From NCBI GenBank assembly GCA_963758295.1, contig CAVWUU010000004.1, positions 736,001 to 800,000 on the forward strand: a stretch of 64,000 nucleotides of DNA. Direction: 5' to 3'. The DNA comes from Candidatus Eremiobacteria bacterium (GTDB taxonomy: Bacteria > Vulcanimicrobiota > Vulcanimicrobiia > Vulcanimicrobiales > Vulcanimicrobiaceae). The translations under genes were made by a program, and so were the position numbers. Below the pieces are notes generated by a model. The model saw only the letters and a program-made list of their open reading frames with translations, had not been told where the DNA came from and did not search any database. Shown in pieces: positions 40,574 through 51,006 of this stretch (the stretch's first letter is position 1; every line of letters starts with the position of its first letter).

Positions 40574-42240
40574 GGTGCTACGGCAAAGGCTCCATTCGTC
40601 TTGGCTCGAGAAAACGCGCGATCGCGGCGAATCGCGAAGGGCCCGATGGCAAGTAAGTCGACCGGCGCCGACCCGAAACATTCCAGTGCGTCGCGAGGAT
40701 CGTCGACCATGGGACGGCCGGCGGTATTCAAACTCGTATTAATGACGACGGGCGTGCCGGTAAGCCGCTCGACCTCATCGAGCATGCGCGCGACGAGGGG
40801 CTCTTGTTTACGATCGACACTCTGGACGCGAGCGCTGCCGTCTACGTGCACCGCTGCTGCAATTTTGTCTTTCCAGCCCTCGCGTACGCTGTGCGTGAAC
40901 AACATGTACGGAGACGGAAACTGCCCGACGAACAGCTCCTCCGCGCGCTCCGCCAAAACCATCGGCGCGACGGGGCGGAATTGCTCGCGGCCTTTCACGT
41001 CGTTCAAGCGTTCGAGATTTCGCGCGTAACGGGGGTTTGCAAGAAGGCTTCGGTGTCCGAGCGCGCGCGGGCCAAATTCGCTTCTTCCTTGAAACCATGC
41101 AACGATGCCGTCCTCGGCGATCGTCCGCGCAACTTCGGCCGCAATGTCGTCGCAGCGTTCGTAAGGAATTTTCGCTGCCTGCAACAACTGCTCGAGTGCA
41201 GCATCGTCCCACTCACGCCCAAGCGCCGCTGAATGCATGGGTTGAACGGGGTCGCCGTACCGCTCCGCGATGAATAACGCAGCGCCGAGCGACGTTCCCG
41301 CGTCGCCGGCGGCGGGCTGGACCCACACTTCTTCGTAAGGGCCCTCGGCCGCAATTCGCCCGTTCGCAACGCAATTCAGCGCAACGCCGCCCGCCATTGC
41401 CAGATAACGCTCGCCGGTTTGCGCGTGCAGCCATCGCACTAAGTCAAGCATGACTTCCTCGACACGCAATTGCACGCTCGCCGCAAGATCGGCATGTTCG
41501 GGAAGAAATGCCTCGCCGTCTTTACGGAACGGGGCAAACTCGTTGTAGTTCAGCTGGACGACGGTGAAGCTTCCGCCGTGCACCTGGACGAGCTCGCGCA
41601 AGCGCTCGATGAAACGCGGTTTCCCGTACGCCGCGAGGCCCATTACCTTATACTCATCGGACGACCGGTGAAATCCGAGGTGCGCGGTCAGCTCTTCATA
41701 AAGCAAACCGATCGAATGGGGCAGCTCTTGCGTCGAAAGGATGGAGAGCTTTCCATTGCGCGCTACGCCAAGCAAGGCCGAAGAACGTTCGCCCCGGCCG
41801 TCGAGTACAAGCACCGCGCACGATTCGAATCCGGCCGCAAGATAAGCAGATGCCGCGTGTGCGACGTGATGAGGAACGAACTCTACTTTGGCACGCTCGA
41901 TCCCCGGCAAAGCCGTTGCGAGAAATTTCGGGAATCGCCGCGCGTAGAGCGTACGCAATCCTTCCCATTCGTCGCTGGTGAGATCTTCGGCGAGTGGCGG
42001 AGCCAAATCGGGATCGTAGGAGTAGGCCACGACGTCGACGTCGGAGGGCTTGAGGCCCGCGTACGACAGCGCCCAGCTTGCCGACGCGACCGGCAGTTCC
42101 CATGTGCTGAACGGCACGCACGGCTTGCCATGTTTGCGCCTGCTGAATCGCTCCTCTTCTGCCGCCGCGACGATGCGTCCGTCGGATATTAGAGACGCCG
42201 ACGTATCGTGAAACACGGCATTGATTCCGAGAACGTTCAC
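40570..42240 (-). CDS. Carbamoyltransferase (NodU/CmcH/TobZ family)
   Basis: EEERFSRRKH, HHVAHA, DGRGE, GGVALNC, EFGPRALG, RPVAP, NTSLN. Confidence 0.96.
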   Translation of the reverse strand: MNVLGINAVFHDTSASLISDGRIVAAAEEERFSRRKHGKPCVPFSTWELPVASASWALSYAGLKPSDVDVVAYSYDPDLAPPLAEDLTSDEWEGLRTLYARRFPKFLATALPGIERAKVEFVPHHVAHAASAYLAAGFESCAVLVLDGRGERSSALLGVARNGKLSILSTQELPHSIGLLYEELTAHLGFHRSSDEYKVMGLAAYGKPRFIERLRELVQVHGGSFTVVQLNYNEFAPFRKDGEAFLPEHADLAASVQLRVEEVMLDLVRWLHAQTGERYLAMAGGVALNCVANGRIAAEGPYEEVWVQPAAGDAGTSLGAALFIAERYGDPVQPMHSAALGREWDDAALEQLLQAAKIPYERCDDIAAEVARTIAEDGIVAWFQGRSEFGPRALGHRSLLANPRYARNLERLNDVKGREQFRPVAPMVLAERAEELFVGQFPSPYMLFTHSVREGWKDKIAAAVHVDGSARVQSVDRKQEPLVARMLDEVERLTGTPVVINTSLNTAGRPMVDDPRDALECFGSAPVDLLAIGPFAIRRDRAFSRAKTNGAFAVAP

Positions 42241-42396
42241 TACTCGCTTACTCGTCCTTCGTAAAAGGGGGTACTTCTAGAGCGTCGTTTCCCATAAATA
42301 TTATGATTAACGCCTCCCGGTGTCCGAAACATAACAATGTTGTCGTATGCGCGATTAAAGCGTCTGAGCGAGACGTGAGATGGCAACGAGCCATGC

Positions 42397-43713
42397 ATGC
42401 ACACCGTCGCCGTCTGCGGAACCGGGTACGTCGGACTTGTCACCGCCGCATGTCTGGCATATATCGGGAACGACGTCGTCGCCTACGACACGGACCATAC
42501 GAAAATTGCGACGCTACGCCGGGGCGAGATTCCGTTTCACGAGCCGAATCTGGAATCGATCCTGCGCGCAGCAACGGCGAACGGACACCTACGTTTCACC
42601 GCCTCGCCGAAGGAAGCGCTCGAAGCGCGCGAGATCGTCTTCATCGCAGTGGGCACTCCAGTCGGACCGCTCGGTGACGCTGATCTAACGTACGTGCGGC
42701 AAGCCGCCCGCGACATCGCGCGCTATGCCACCGGACCGATGCTCGTAGTCAACAAATCGACCGTTCCGGTAGAGACCGCAGATCTCGTCGCACGTCTGCT
42801 TGAGCGCGATGGCGAAGGCCGGCTCTTCACGGTTGCTTCCAACCCTGAGTTCCTGCGCGAAGGAACGGCTATCGAAGACTTCATGCGTCCCGACCGCATC
42901 GTGATCGGAACGCACGACGAGTCGGCCGCTGCGTTGCTTCGCGACCTCTATTCAAAGTTCGACGCGCCGGTGCTCGTGGTAGATCCGCACACCGCGGAAA
43001 TGATCAAATATGCCGCAAACGCGTTCTTGGCGGCGAAAATCTCTTTCGTGAACGAGCTTTCGACGCTCTGCGACGCCGTCGGCGCCGATATCGATGACGT
43101 GCTCCGCGGCATTGCTTACGATCACCGCATCGGCCGACAGTACATGCAGCCCGGAATTGGGTTCGGCGGCTCCTGCTTGCCTAAAGACGTAAGCGCGCTT
43201 ACGCACGTAGCCCGTGCACACGGCATTGAACCGACAATGCTGGATGCAATTGCGGATGTGAACCGCCGCCAGGTAGCTCGGGCTATCCGGCGCGTCAGCG
43301 CCGAATGCGGCGAACTCGACGGATCGACGGCGGCCGTCTGGGGACTTTCCTTTAAAGCCGAGACGGACGACATTCGCGACTCACCCGCGGTTGCGCTCGT
43401 GCAAGCCTTACTCTCGCAAGGCGTCGAGGTGCGCGCACACGACCCGGCCGCAATGAAAAACGCACGGCGCATTTTCCAGGATCGCATCACGTACGCTTCA
43501 TCGCCGTACGACGCGGCCGAAAGCGCCGATTACCTCATCGTGGCGACCGTATGGCCTTCCTATAAAACGGTTGACTGGCGCTACGTCGGGGAATTGTTGC
43601 GCACACCCCGGGTCTTTGACGTGCGAAACGGCCTGGATGCCGCTATGTTGCGGGCGATGGCTTTCCAATATTTCGGTATAGCACGTCCGGACCGCACGAG
43701 GATTCCAAAATGA
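42397..43713 (+). CDS. ugd: UDP-glucose 6-dehydrogenase
   Basis: GTGYVG, NKSTVP, NPEFLREG, GFGGSCLPKD. Confidence 0.93.
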   Translation: MHTVAVCGTGYVGLVTAACLAYIGNDVVAYDTDHTKIATLRRGEIPFHEPNLESILRAATANGHLRFTASPKEALEAREIVFIAVGTPVGPLGDADLTYVRQAARDIARYATGPMLVVNKSTVPVETADLVARLLERDGEGRLFTVASNPEFLREGTAIEDFMRPDRIVIGTHDESAAALLRDLYSKFDAPVLVVDPHTAEMIKYAANAFLAAKISFVNELSTLCDAVGADIDDVLRGIAYDHRIGRQYMQPGIGFGGSCLPKDVSALTHVARAHGIEPTMLDAIADVNRRQVARAIRRVSAECGELDGSTAAVWGLSFKAETDDIRDSPAVALVQALLSQGVEVRAHDPAAMKNARRIFQDRITYASSPYDAAESADYLIVATVWPSYKTVDWRYVGELLRTPRVFDVRNGLDAAMLRAMAFQYFGIARPDRTRIPK

Positions 43714-44651
43714 ACGCACTCGTAACCGGCGGTGCCGGGTTCCTGGGCTCCCATCTGTGCGAGGCGCTCTTGCGGGAAGGCCACAACGTCGTAGCGGTAG
43801 ACAGCTTACTGACCGGCGATCTTTCCAATATCGCGCCGCTGCTCGAGGACGACCGGTTCCGGTTCGTGCATGCAGACGTTAGCGAGACGCTGCCTAAGCC
43901 CGACCGGCTCGACGCGATCTTCCATTTTGCATCGCCCGCAAGTCCAATCGACTATGCCGAACGTCCGTTAGAAACGTTGCGCGTCAATTCGCTTGGGACG
44001 GAAAGATGCTGCGCGCTTGCCGCAGAGCGAGGCGCCCGGCTTCTATTTGCGTCAACTTCGGAAGTCTACGGCGACCCTATGGAACATCCGCAACGCGAAA
44101 CGTACTTCGGCAACGTGAACCCCAACGGCCCCCGCTCTTGTTACGACGAAGCCAAGCGTTACGGCGAAGCGATGATTGCCGCTTTCCAAAGAACGCAGGG
44201 GCTCGACGCTCGCATCGTTCGAATCTTTAACACGTATGGACCGCGCATGCGGCGCAATGACGGCCGCGTCGTTCCGGCGTTCGTTTCCCAAGCCCTTGCG
44301 GGCGCGCCGTTCACCATCTTCGGGAACGGATTGCAGACCCGCTCGCTCTGCTATGTCGACGATCTGGTCGAAGCGATCGTTCGTTTCGCGACGATCGACG
44401 AGCCGAAGTATCGAGTGATCAATATCGGCAACGAGCACGAAGTAACCGTCTTGGATATCGCGGCCCTTGTGGCGGAGCTCTGCAACGTTCCCTTACGGCT
44501 TGACACCCGGCCACTTCCCGAGAACGATCCGCTCCAACGCCGGCCCGATTTGACCCGCGCACGTGAAGCATTACGATGGTCCCCAAGCACGCCGCTGCAA
44601 GCCGGCATGCTAGCGACGGTAGATTGGTTCAAAACCGCCGTACCGGCATGA
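43710..44651 (+). CDS. UDP-glucuronate decarboxylase (UDP-xylose synthase-like)
   Basis: GGAGFLG, HFASPASP, STSEVYGDP, RSCYDEAKR, RIFNTYGPRM. Confidence 0.9.
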   Translation: MNALVTGGAGFLGSHLCEALLREGHNVVAVDSLLTGDLSNIAPLLEDDRFRFVHADVSETLPKPDRLDAIFHFASPASPIDYAERPLETLRVNSLGTERCCALAAERGARLLFASTSEVYGDPMEHPQRETYFGNVNPNGPRSCYDEAKRYGEAMIAAFQRTQGLDARIVRIFNTYGPRMRRNDGRVVPAFVSQALAGAPFTIFGNGLQTRSLCYVDDLVEAIVRFATIDEPKYRVINIGNEHEVTVLDIAALVAELCNVPLRLDTRPLPENDPLQRRPDLTRAREALRWSPSTPLQAGMLATVDWFKTAVPA

Positions 44652-45520
44652 ATGCAAGCGCTCAAACTACCCTAGTTATCGCAACACGCAACCGCGTAGG
44701 CCGCCTGCTACAGACACTCGCATCGCTAGAACCGCTCGAAGAATTAACCAGCATCATTGTTGCCGACAACGGTTCCACCGACGGAACCGCCGAAGTCGTC
44801 CGCTCGCAATTCCCAGCCGTAAACATATTGCGACTTCCCGTCAACGTGGGCGCATTCGCTCGAACGATTGCCGCGCGGTTTGTGCGAAGCCCGTACATCG
44901 CGTTTTGCGACGATGACACGTGGTGGCTTCCGGGGTCCATTGCTACGGGAACCGACGTTCTCAACCGGCACCCGCAAATCGGCGTGCTAAACGCCTGCGT
45001 AAAGATCGGTCCGACCGAACGCGTCGATGAAGCTTGTAAGGCGATGGCAAGCGGAGCCGGCAGCGATGACTTGCCCGGCGCGCCGATTCTCTTCTTCCTT
45101 GCCGGTGCATCGCTCATGCGGTCGCAGGCTTTCCTTGCGTGCGGCGGCTACGAACGCCGGTTCCTTATTGGCGCCGAAGAGACTCTGCTTTCGCTCGACA
45201 TTCAGCGGCGAGGCTGGCTCGTAAGGTACGTTCCATCGATGATCGTTCGCCACGATCCCTCACCGATCGAACGAAACGATGCAATGCGACGCCGCTTAGT
45301 AGTGAGGAATCGCTTATGGGTAGCGTGGATGCGTTACGCGCGCGCAAGCGCTTGGCGCGCGACGCTTGAAACGGCGCGTTGCGCGCGCACGGACCGCCAC
45401 GTTCGCGCTGCGTTTCTTCGTGCTTTGGCCGGCTTGCCTTGGGCAATGCTTCATCGACATCCCATCGATCGAGCCTTACAGCAGCGCGTTGATGCCATTT
45501 GGAGTCTGGAAGCGCAATGA
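44648..45520 (+). CDS. Glycosyltransferase family 2
   Basis: DNGSTDGT, FCDDDTWW, GAEE. Confidence 0.88.
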   Translation: MNASAQTTLVIATRNRVGRLLQTLASLEPLEELTSIIVADNGSTDGTAEVVRSQFPAVNILRLPVNVGAFARTIAARFVRSPYIAFCDDDTWWLPGSIATGTDVLNRHPQIGVLNACVKIGPTERVDEACKAMASGAGSDDLPGAPILFFLAGASLMRSQAFLACGGYERRFLIGAEETLLSLDIQRRGWLVRYVPSMIVRHDPSPIERNDAMRRRLVVRNRLWVAWMRYARASAWRATLETARCARTDRHVRAAFLRALAGLPWAMLHRHPIDRALQQRVDAIWSLEAQ

Positions 45521-46761
45521 TTGCGGCGTTCGCGGGGCATCCGAGCGTTAGCGCGGGCGATCGCCTCGCCTTGCACGTTTCTACGGACCGCCCGTGCACG
45601 GTGCGTTTCGTGCGTGCCGGGCGGCTGGCCGAAACGATGCGCGAATACCGCGGCTCGCCCGTGCCTGCTGCGAACGCAACCACCAACGAGCCCGGAACTC
45701 CATACGATTGGCCGGCGCTTTCATACGAGATTCCGGATACCTGGCGATCGGGCGTCTATACGGCGATTCTTGAAGAAGGGACGTATCCGCCGCTCAATCG
45801 TCTTGATGCGCGGGAGGGACGGGCGCTCTTTATCGTCCGGCCCCGTTCCCCGCAAGCGTCGATCCTTTATAACGTTCCGCTTTTCACGTATCACGCATAT
45901 AATGTTGCGCACGATCTGAGCGACGACCACACGTGTCTCTACAACCACTGCAAATCGGTAACGCTGGCGCGCCCTGGGGGAGGCAACGGCGGACACCTAT
46001 GGGATGAAGGCAACGTCGACGTTTACGATCCGGAGTCGCCGCGTCAAACCTTCGCTCACTGGGATCAACCGGCGATTCGGTGGCTCGAATCGCACTTCGC
46101 CGAAATAGACTACGCTTGCGATCTCGACTTGCACGAAGACCGCGCAGCGCTCGGAGCGTACCGCTTGCTTTTATCGTTCGGCCACCATGAGTATTGGACG
46201 AAAGAAATGCGAGCCGCACTTCGCGAGCATATCTCCGGCGGCGGCAATGCGGCGTTCTTCACCGGCAATACGTGCTATTTTCGCGTCACGTATGACGGAG
46301 CAAAGAAAAGCATTGCGCGTGACGGCCGCTGGGAGGATGACCCCGAGGAACGCACGTTCGGAGTGAGCTACCGTTTCGGCGGAGGCAAGTGGCGCGGCGG
46401 GCGGCCGCCGACGGGATTCAACGTGCACTCGGCATCGCATTGGATTTACGAAGCTTGCGGAGTGCAAGGCGGCGACGTCTTCGGTGACGATGAGCGATTG
46501 ATTGGGTATGAGTTCGATGGCGTCCCAGACGAACCGTCGAGCGATTTTTCGTTACTCGCTCAACGCCGCATAACCGACTGGCCCGTCAATGACGGCAGCG
46601 GCGAACTTAACGGTGGCCGTGCGAGCCTCGGGATTGTCGAGAGCGGTTCCGGAACGCTTTTTTCCGGTGGAACGGTCGACTGGGCACGTGTGCTCGCTGC
46701 AGGCGAACCTATCGTCGACCGGATCACGCAAAACGTAATACGGCGACTTTCTTCTTCCTAA
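45517..46761 (+). CDS. N,N-dimethylformamidase beta-subunit-like protein (DUF6605-type)
   Basis: WRSGVY, TYHAYN, GHHEYWT, FFTGN, IGYEFD, RITQNVI. Confidence 0.8.
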   Translation: MIAAFAGHPSVSAGDRLALHVSTDRPCTVRFVRAGRLAETMREYRGSPVPAANATTNEPGTPYDWPALSYEIPDTWRSGVYTAILEEGTYPPLNRLDAREGRALFIVRPRSPQASILYNVPLFTYHAYNVAHDLSDDHTCLYNHCKSVTLARPGGGNGGHLWDEGNVDVYDPESPRQTFAHWDQPAIRWLESHFAEIDYACDLDLHEDRAALGAYRLLLSFGHHEYWTKEMRAALREHISGGGNAAFFTGNTCYFRVTYDGAKKSIARDGRWEDDPEERTFGVSYRFGGGKWRGGRPPTGFNVHSASHWIYEACGVQGGDVFGDDERLIGYEFDGVPDEPSSDFSLLAQRRITDWPVNDGSGELNGGRASLGIVESGSGTLFSGGTVDWARVLAAGEPIVDRITQNVIRRLSSS

Positions 46762-46772
46762 GGAGCAACACG

Positions 46773-47510
46773 ATGGAAATGATGACGCGCGAAACCGGCA
46801 CAATCGGCGGCGCGCCAGCAACTTTGAGCGGCGCATACGTCGTGACCGGCGGCGCTGCGGGGCTCGGAGCGGCAGTCGCCGCAGCGATCGCACGAGCCGG
46901 CGGTACCCCGGTGGTTTTCGACGTGCGAAACCCCGGTGGTGAAGGCGCCAACTTCCATGAAGTCGACGTCTCGAATGCAAACGCCGTGGCACAGGCGGTG
47001 AACGAAGCGGCAAAAAAGCACGGCGGCCTCTCCGGAATCGTCGCAAATGCCGGCATCGACGCGTGCGGCCCGTTCGACAAAGTACCGTTCGAAGATTGGC
47101 AGCGTGTCATCAATGTAAATCTGATAGGCGTTGCAGCGTTGGCACGCGCCGCTCTGCCGCATCTTTTGGAAGCACCCAATGGACGAATCGTCAACGTCGC
47201 CTCGACGCTCGGCTTGCGCGCGCTCTCCGATGCGTCTGCTTATTGTGCTTCGAAATTCGGCGTCGTTGGATTTACTCGCGCGCTCTCAGCGGAGCTAGCC
47301 GGCAAGATCGGCGTTACTCTGCTGCTTCCCGGCGGAATGTCGACTACGTTCTTCGACGGACGTGAAGAGAAATATAAGCCGGGCCCCGACGCAAAGCTGA
47401 ACAAGCCGGAATATGTCGCGAATGCCGTGGTTTTCGCGCTTTCACAGCCTCGCGGATGCGACGTCAAAGAGTTGCTGATCACCCCGAATACGGAGACGTC
47501 TTGGCCATGA
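46773..47510 (+). CDS. Short-chain dehydrogenase/reductase
   Basis: TGGAAGLG, NAG, YCASK. Confidence 0.93.
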   Translation: MEMMTRETGTIGGAPATLSGAYVVTGGAAGLGAAVAAAIARAGGTPVVFDVRNPGGEGANFHEVDVSNANAVAQAVNEAAKKHGGLSGIVANAGIDACGPFDKVPFEDWQRVINVNLIGVAALARAALPHLLEAPNGRIVNVASTLGLRALSDASAYCASKFGVVGFTRALSAELAGKIGVTLLLPGGMSTTFFDGREEKYKPGPDAKLNKPEYVANAVVFALSQPRGCDVKELLITPNTETSWP

Positions 47511-47884
47511 TCGACCGGCAAAGCTCGTTTGAGACCGCGTTGAACGAACACCTTTCGGCGATCTCCTCGCGCGACATCGAGCGCTTTGCGAAAACGCTGC
47601 ATCCCGACGTCCGGCTCGTTGGACCGACCGGATCGATCATCCAAGGGTATGACGACGCCGTTGCGGCGCATCGTGGCTGGTTCGCGGAAGGCGGCTGGAG
47701 CTTCGAGCCGAGTGTGCTCTGGAGCGGAGAACGCGGCGATACGGCATGGGCGCTAACGTCGGTGCGCTACACTGTGCCGAATAAGCTCGACCGGTTCCTT
47801 TTGTTCTTGCTGTTCGTTCGCGCAGGCGATACGTGGAAACTGATCTACGATCAGAACACCTCGTTTACGAATACGCACTTATGA
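47507..47884 (+). CDS. NTF2/SnoaL-like (DUF4440) protein
   Basis: About 125 aa ending WKLIYDQNT; ATGA-coupled to the SDR gene. Confidence 0.75.
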   Translation: MIDRQSSFETALNEHLSAISSRDIERFAKTLHPDVRLVGPTGSIIQGYDDAVAAHRGWFAEGGWSFEPSVLWSGERGDTAWALTSVRYTVPNKLDRFLLFLLFVRAGDTWKLIYDQNTSFTNTHL

Positions 47885-47915
47885 CGGCTCGGACGCCTCC
47901 GTTATGGCGTTGAAG

Positions 47916-48719
47916 CTAGATTGTCAACGGCGTTTCGATTCCGCCTTCGGAAGCAAGCGCCGTTTCGACAATCTCATCGATTGCTTCATAGCATGGACAA
48001 GCTTCTCGCTCCAACCGTTCGCGATCGAGAATCTGGACAAGCCCGTGATGCACGCGCACGATTCCTCGTCGCTGCAAATCGGAGAAGGCAAGCGAAACCG
48101 ACGGACGGCGGATCGCCGCTACGTCCGCAAGCTGTTGGTGCGTTAAAGAGACCTCGGGCTTCCCGGTTTCGTCCATGATCCAAAGCAGCCAACGCGCAAG
48201 GCGCTTGTCCACGTTATGTTCGGCGTTGCACGCGAGCCGGCAACAACTGATCGTGAAGGCCGCATACGTGGAGCGAAGCAGCATGCGACGAAGCGGATTG
48301 CGCATTGAATCGCTAATTGCATCGAATGCGGCGATACTCAAGCGCCAGGCGCTCCCCGGGGAGAGCACGATCGTGCGCAAGCTGTTGTTCGACAACTCGA
48401 GAACGCGATATAAGCCGACTACGCCTCGGCGCCCGACCGTGAGCACCGACGTAGGCCGCTCCGTATGCGTCGTGTCGCTCCAAGACCACAGCAAGGCGTC
48501 GACCGGAAAGTATAAGAACTCCCCGCGCTCCTCCGGCGAAGCCAGCTCCTGGCCCCGATGAAGGAACAGGCGCCGAAGAAAGGGCGAGAGTTTCGCAATT
48601 TCTTCGCGCGGCAAGCCATCAAGTAGCCGATTGCCGAAGACCGGTTGTACTTGCGGGTTGTACGAAACTATTCCACGGGTCGATCCTCGCAGATCGTACA
48701 TCTTGGCCCTCCGTGACAT
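47916..48719 (-). CDS. Crp/Fnr-family transcriptional regulator
   Basis: NRLLDGL, LYFP, RLARWLL, LTHQQLA...RRPSVS HTH, ACPCY; start uncertain. Confidence 0.9.
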   Translation of the reverse strand: MSRRAKMYDLRGSTRGIVSYNPQVQPVFGNRLLDGLPREEIAKLSPFLRRLFLHRGQELASPEERGEFLYFPVDALLWSWSDTTHTERPTSVLTVGRRGVVGLYRVLELSNNSLRTIVLSPGSAWRLSIAAFDAISDSMRNPLRRMLLRSTYAAFTISCCRLACNAEHNVDKRLARWLLWIMDETGKPEVSLTHQQLADVAAIRRPSVSLAFSDLQRRGIVRVHHGLVQILDRERLEREACPCYEAIDEIVETALASEGGIETPLTI

Positions 48720-48802
48720 GTATTTACCGCGAACGGGGTCGATAGCAAACATTCAGGTCGGTAAGCGGACGCGCGGATGCGCTTGACGAATCGCTTTTTC
48801 CC

Positions 48803-49288
48803 ATGACGGACTATGAGTTGCTGGCGCAGCAAGCGGAACACTTGCTTGCGGGCGAATCCAACTTTCTCGCTAATGCCGCCAACTTTGCGTCGTTCGTCTA
48901 TCACGAAATACCGCAGCTCAATTGGGCCGGGTTCTACTTCGTTGAAGAGAATGGCGACCTCGTGCTCGGTCCCTTCAACGGCAGGCCTGCCTGCACGCGC
49001 TTACCTAGCGGCCGCGGCGTATGCGGCGCGTCATTCGTGCGCAACGAAACCGTCGTAGTCCACGACGTTCATGCCTTTTCCGATCACATCGTTTGCGACA
49101 GCGCGTCCAAAGCCGAAATCGTCGTGCCTCTGCGAGACGGAGAATGCGTCTACGGCGTTTTTGACATTGACAGTCCGCTCGCCGGCCGTTTCAACCACGC
49201 CGATCGTGCCGGGATAGAGCGGCTAGTTGGAGTGTTTCTTAAGACCGCGCAAAATCGCCGAGCAGTTGTCGCACATCACAGCCGGTAA
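48803..49288 (+). CDS. GAF-domain free methionine-R-sulfoxide reductase (MsrC/YebR-like)
   Basis: NWAGFY, LGPFNGRPAC, GRGVCG, HIVCD, DIDSP. Confidence 0.9.
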   Translation: MTDYELLAQQAEHLLAGESNFLANAANFASFVYHEIPQLNWAGFYFVEENGDLVLGPFNGRPACTRLPSGRGVCGASFVRNETVVVHDVHAFSDHIVCDSASKAEIVVPLRDGECVYGVFDIDSPLAGRFNHADRAGIERLVGVFLKTAQNRRAVVAHHSR

Positions 49289-49553
49289 GCGCGTCCACGT
49301 ACTCCCAACTCGTCAGCACGCCGAACCATTCACGCCAGACCGCGAAAACCGCTTTCGGATCGCGCCCAGGGAGGGCGCGCAGTAAGCCGTCACTCGGTTC
49401 GGATGCACACTGTTGCCGGTTCCAGAGCCAGTTGCGCCAGTAAACGTCTGCCTTTTCGCAGACGTCTTGCAGAACGGCCAACTGGAAATCCATGTCGCTT
49501 CGGCTATGCGGATGAGGAGACCGAAGAGTCTCATGGATCATCATGCGGATCAC
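49239..49553 (-). CDS. Hypothetical Trp-rich protein
   Basis: Fills the gap between GAF and ppa2; no recognised motif; overlaps the GAF gene end. Confidence 0.45.
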   Translation of the reverse strand: MIRMMIHETLRSPHPHSRSDMDFQLAVLQDVCEKADVYWRNWLWNRQQCASEPSDGLLRALPGRDPKAVFAVWREWFGVLTSWEYVDALTGCDVRQLLGDFARS

Positions 49554-49659
49554 CTCGTCCTGCTATTTTACTCCATTGCCTGCTTGGCGCGAGAAGTCCA
49601 TTGAATCGAAACGCAGCATCCACTTTAGTCTCGCGCTTCTTCCGGGTACGAGCAACCTA

Positions 49660-50199
49660 ATGGCACAGGACTATACGAAAATTCCACCGTTCGTAGCGGG
49701 CAAGCGGCGAATCTACGCGGTGATCGAAACGCCCGCATTCACCCGGCACAAGTACGCGTACGATTCGCAGTTCGAAGTGATGAAACTCCATCTCACGCTC
49801 CCCGAAGGACTTGAATGGCCTTATGACTATGGGTTCGTGCCCGGAACGCTCGCCGAGGACGGCGATCCCATTGATGTTCTGCTATTGAACGACGCGTCCA
49901 CGTTTACTGGATGCCTGGTCGAGGCGCGTTTGCTCGGCGTTATCAAGATAAAGAAAAACGGCGTAGAAAACGACCGGCTTATCGCCCGGCCGCCGCGTCG
50001 TAAAGGCGTTGCGCTCTCGACAGACGACTACAAAGATATCGACGACGTCCCAAAAGCGACGTTGCGCGGGATCGAGCGGTTCCTCGTAGAGTACTCCGAA
50101 GAAGCGGGAAACAAAATTGATTACGGCGGTACGGGAAATCGCGAGCAAGCCTTTGCGATGCTAGAGAAAGGCGTTAAAGCTTTCGAAAAGCGCGAGTGA
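49660..50199 (+). CDS. Second soluble inorganic pyrophosphatase (family I, divergent)
   Basis: KYAYD, PYDYGFVPGT, EDGDPIDVL, NDRL. Confidence 0.88.
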   Translation: MAQDYTKIPPFVAGKRRIYAVIETPAFTRHKYAYDSQFEVMKLHLTLPEGLEWPYDYGFVPGTLAEDGDPIDVLLLNDASTFTGCLVEARLLGVIKIKKNGVENDRLIARPPRRKGVALSTDDYKDIDDVPKATLRGIERFLVEYSEEAGNKIDYGGTGNREQAFAMLEKGVKAFEKRE

Positions 50200-50364
50200 T
50201 GCGGGTATAGTGCGAGCATGCAAAGCTCGTGCCCTCGTGGCGATACGTTTGGATGCTTTCGCGCACGCCTCTGCTAAAGGATCACATTTTTCAAACGCTC
50301 TGCGGCCGGTTGCTCGTGCATCGGTATCCGGCACGCCTCCAACGAACGTAAGATTAGGGGAACG

Positions 50365-51006
50365 ATGGCCAACGAACACCACAGCCTCGCAACGTACGTT
50401 AGCGATATGCTCGCGTTGGAGCGGCATATACGCATCCCGTTCGACACGCAGCGCAACGATCATGATTTCAAGGAGTTCAACGACAGTTATCAGCTCGTAA
50501 CGCGTCTTTCGGCGCTATCAGATACTCATATCGACGGCCTGAAAGCCATGCTCGACGCCCTCGGCGGCCAGGAGGCCTCTCCGATCAAGAGTGCCGTGAG
50601 CGAGATCGAAGGCGCGGTTGCCGGCGCTATCGATAAGGTTCGGAAAACCAAAGTATCGAAGGCGCTTCGCGACGACTACACGGCGCTCTCGCTTTGCAGC
50701 GTCAGCTATTCAGCGCTGCTCTCCACCGCGAACGCGTTAGGGAACAGCGAGGTCGCCGCTCTGGCGCAGCGGTTCCTTCAAGACTACGCGCAGAGCGTGA
50801 TGGATATCGGCGAAGCGATGCCGTCGATCGTCGTACAAGAATTGCGCGCGATCGATCTCGACGTCGACAGCAGCACCGTTGAAGCGAGCCGCCAACAAGT
50901 CACCGCAGCTTGGCTCGCATCCCGCCAGGGCCGCGATGAAACGACGACGTCTCGCGGCACGGTCGGTTCGACGCCGTTGCGAACGGACGTCGACGTTCCG
51001 CTCTAG
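50365..51006 (+). CDS. Ferritin-like four-helix-bundle stress protein
   Basis: [23 protein letters not shown]; helical pattern. Confidence 0.7.
   Translation: MANEHHSLATYVSDMLALERHIRIPFDTQRNDHDFKEFNDSYQLVTRLSALSDTHIDGLKAMLDALGGQEASPIKSAVSEIEGAVAGAIDKVRKTKVSKALRDDYTALSLCSVSYSALLSTANALGNSEVAALAQRFLQDYAQSVMDIGEAMPSIVVQELRAIDLDVDSSTVEASRQQVTAAWLASRQGRDETTTSRGTVGSTPLRTDVDVPL

Noticed and set aside
33645..42240. Nod-factor biosynthesis (NodS plus NodU)
   Set aside because: No nodA/nodB/nodC homologues; both families are widespread tailoring enzymes
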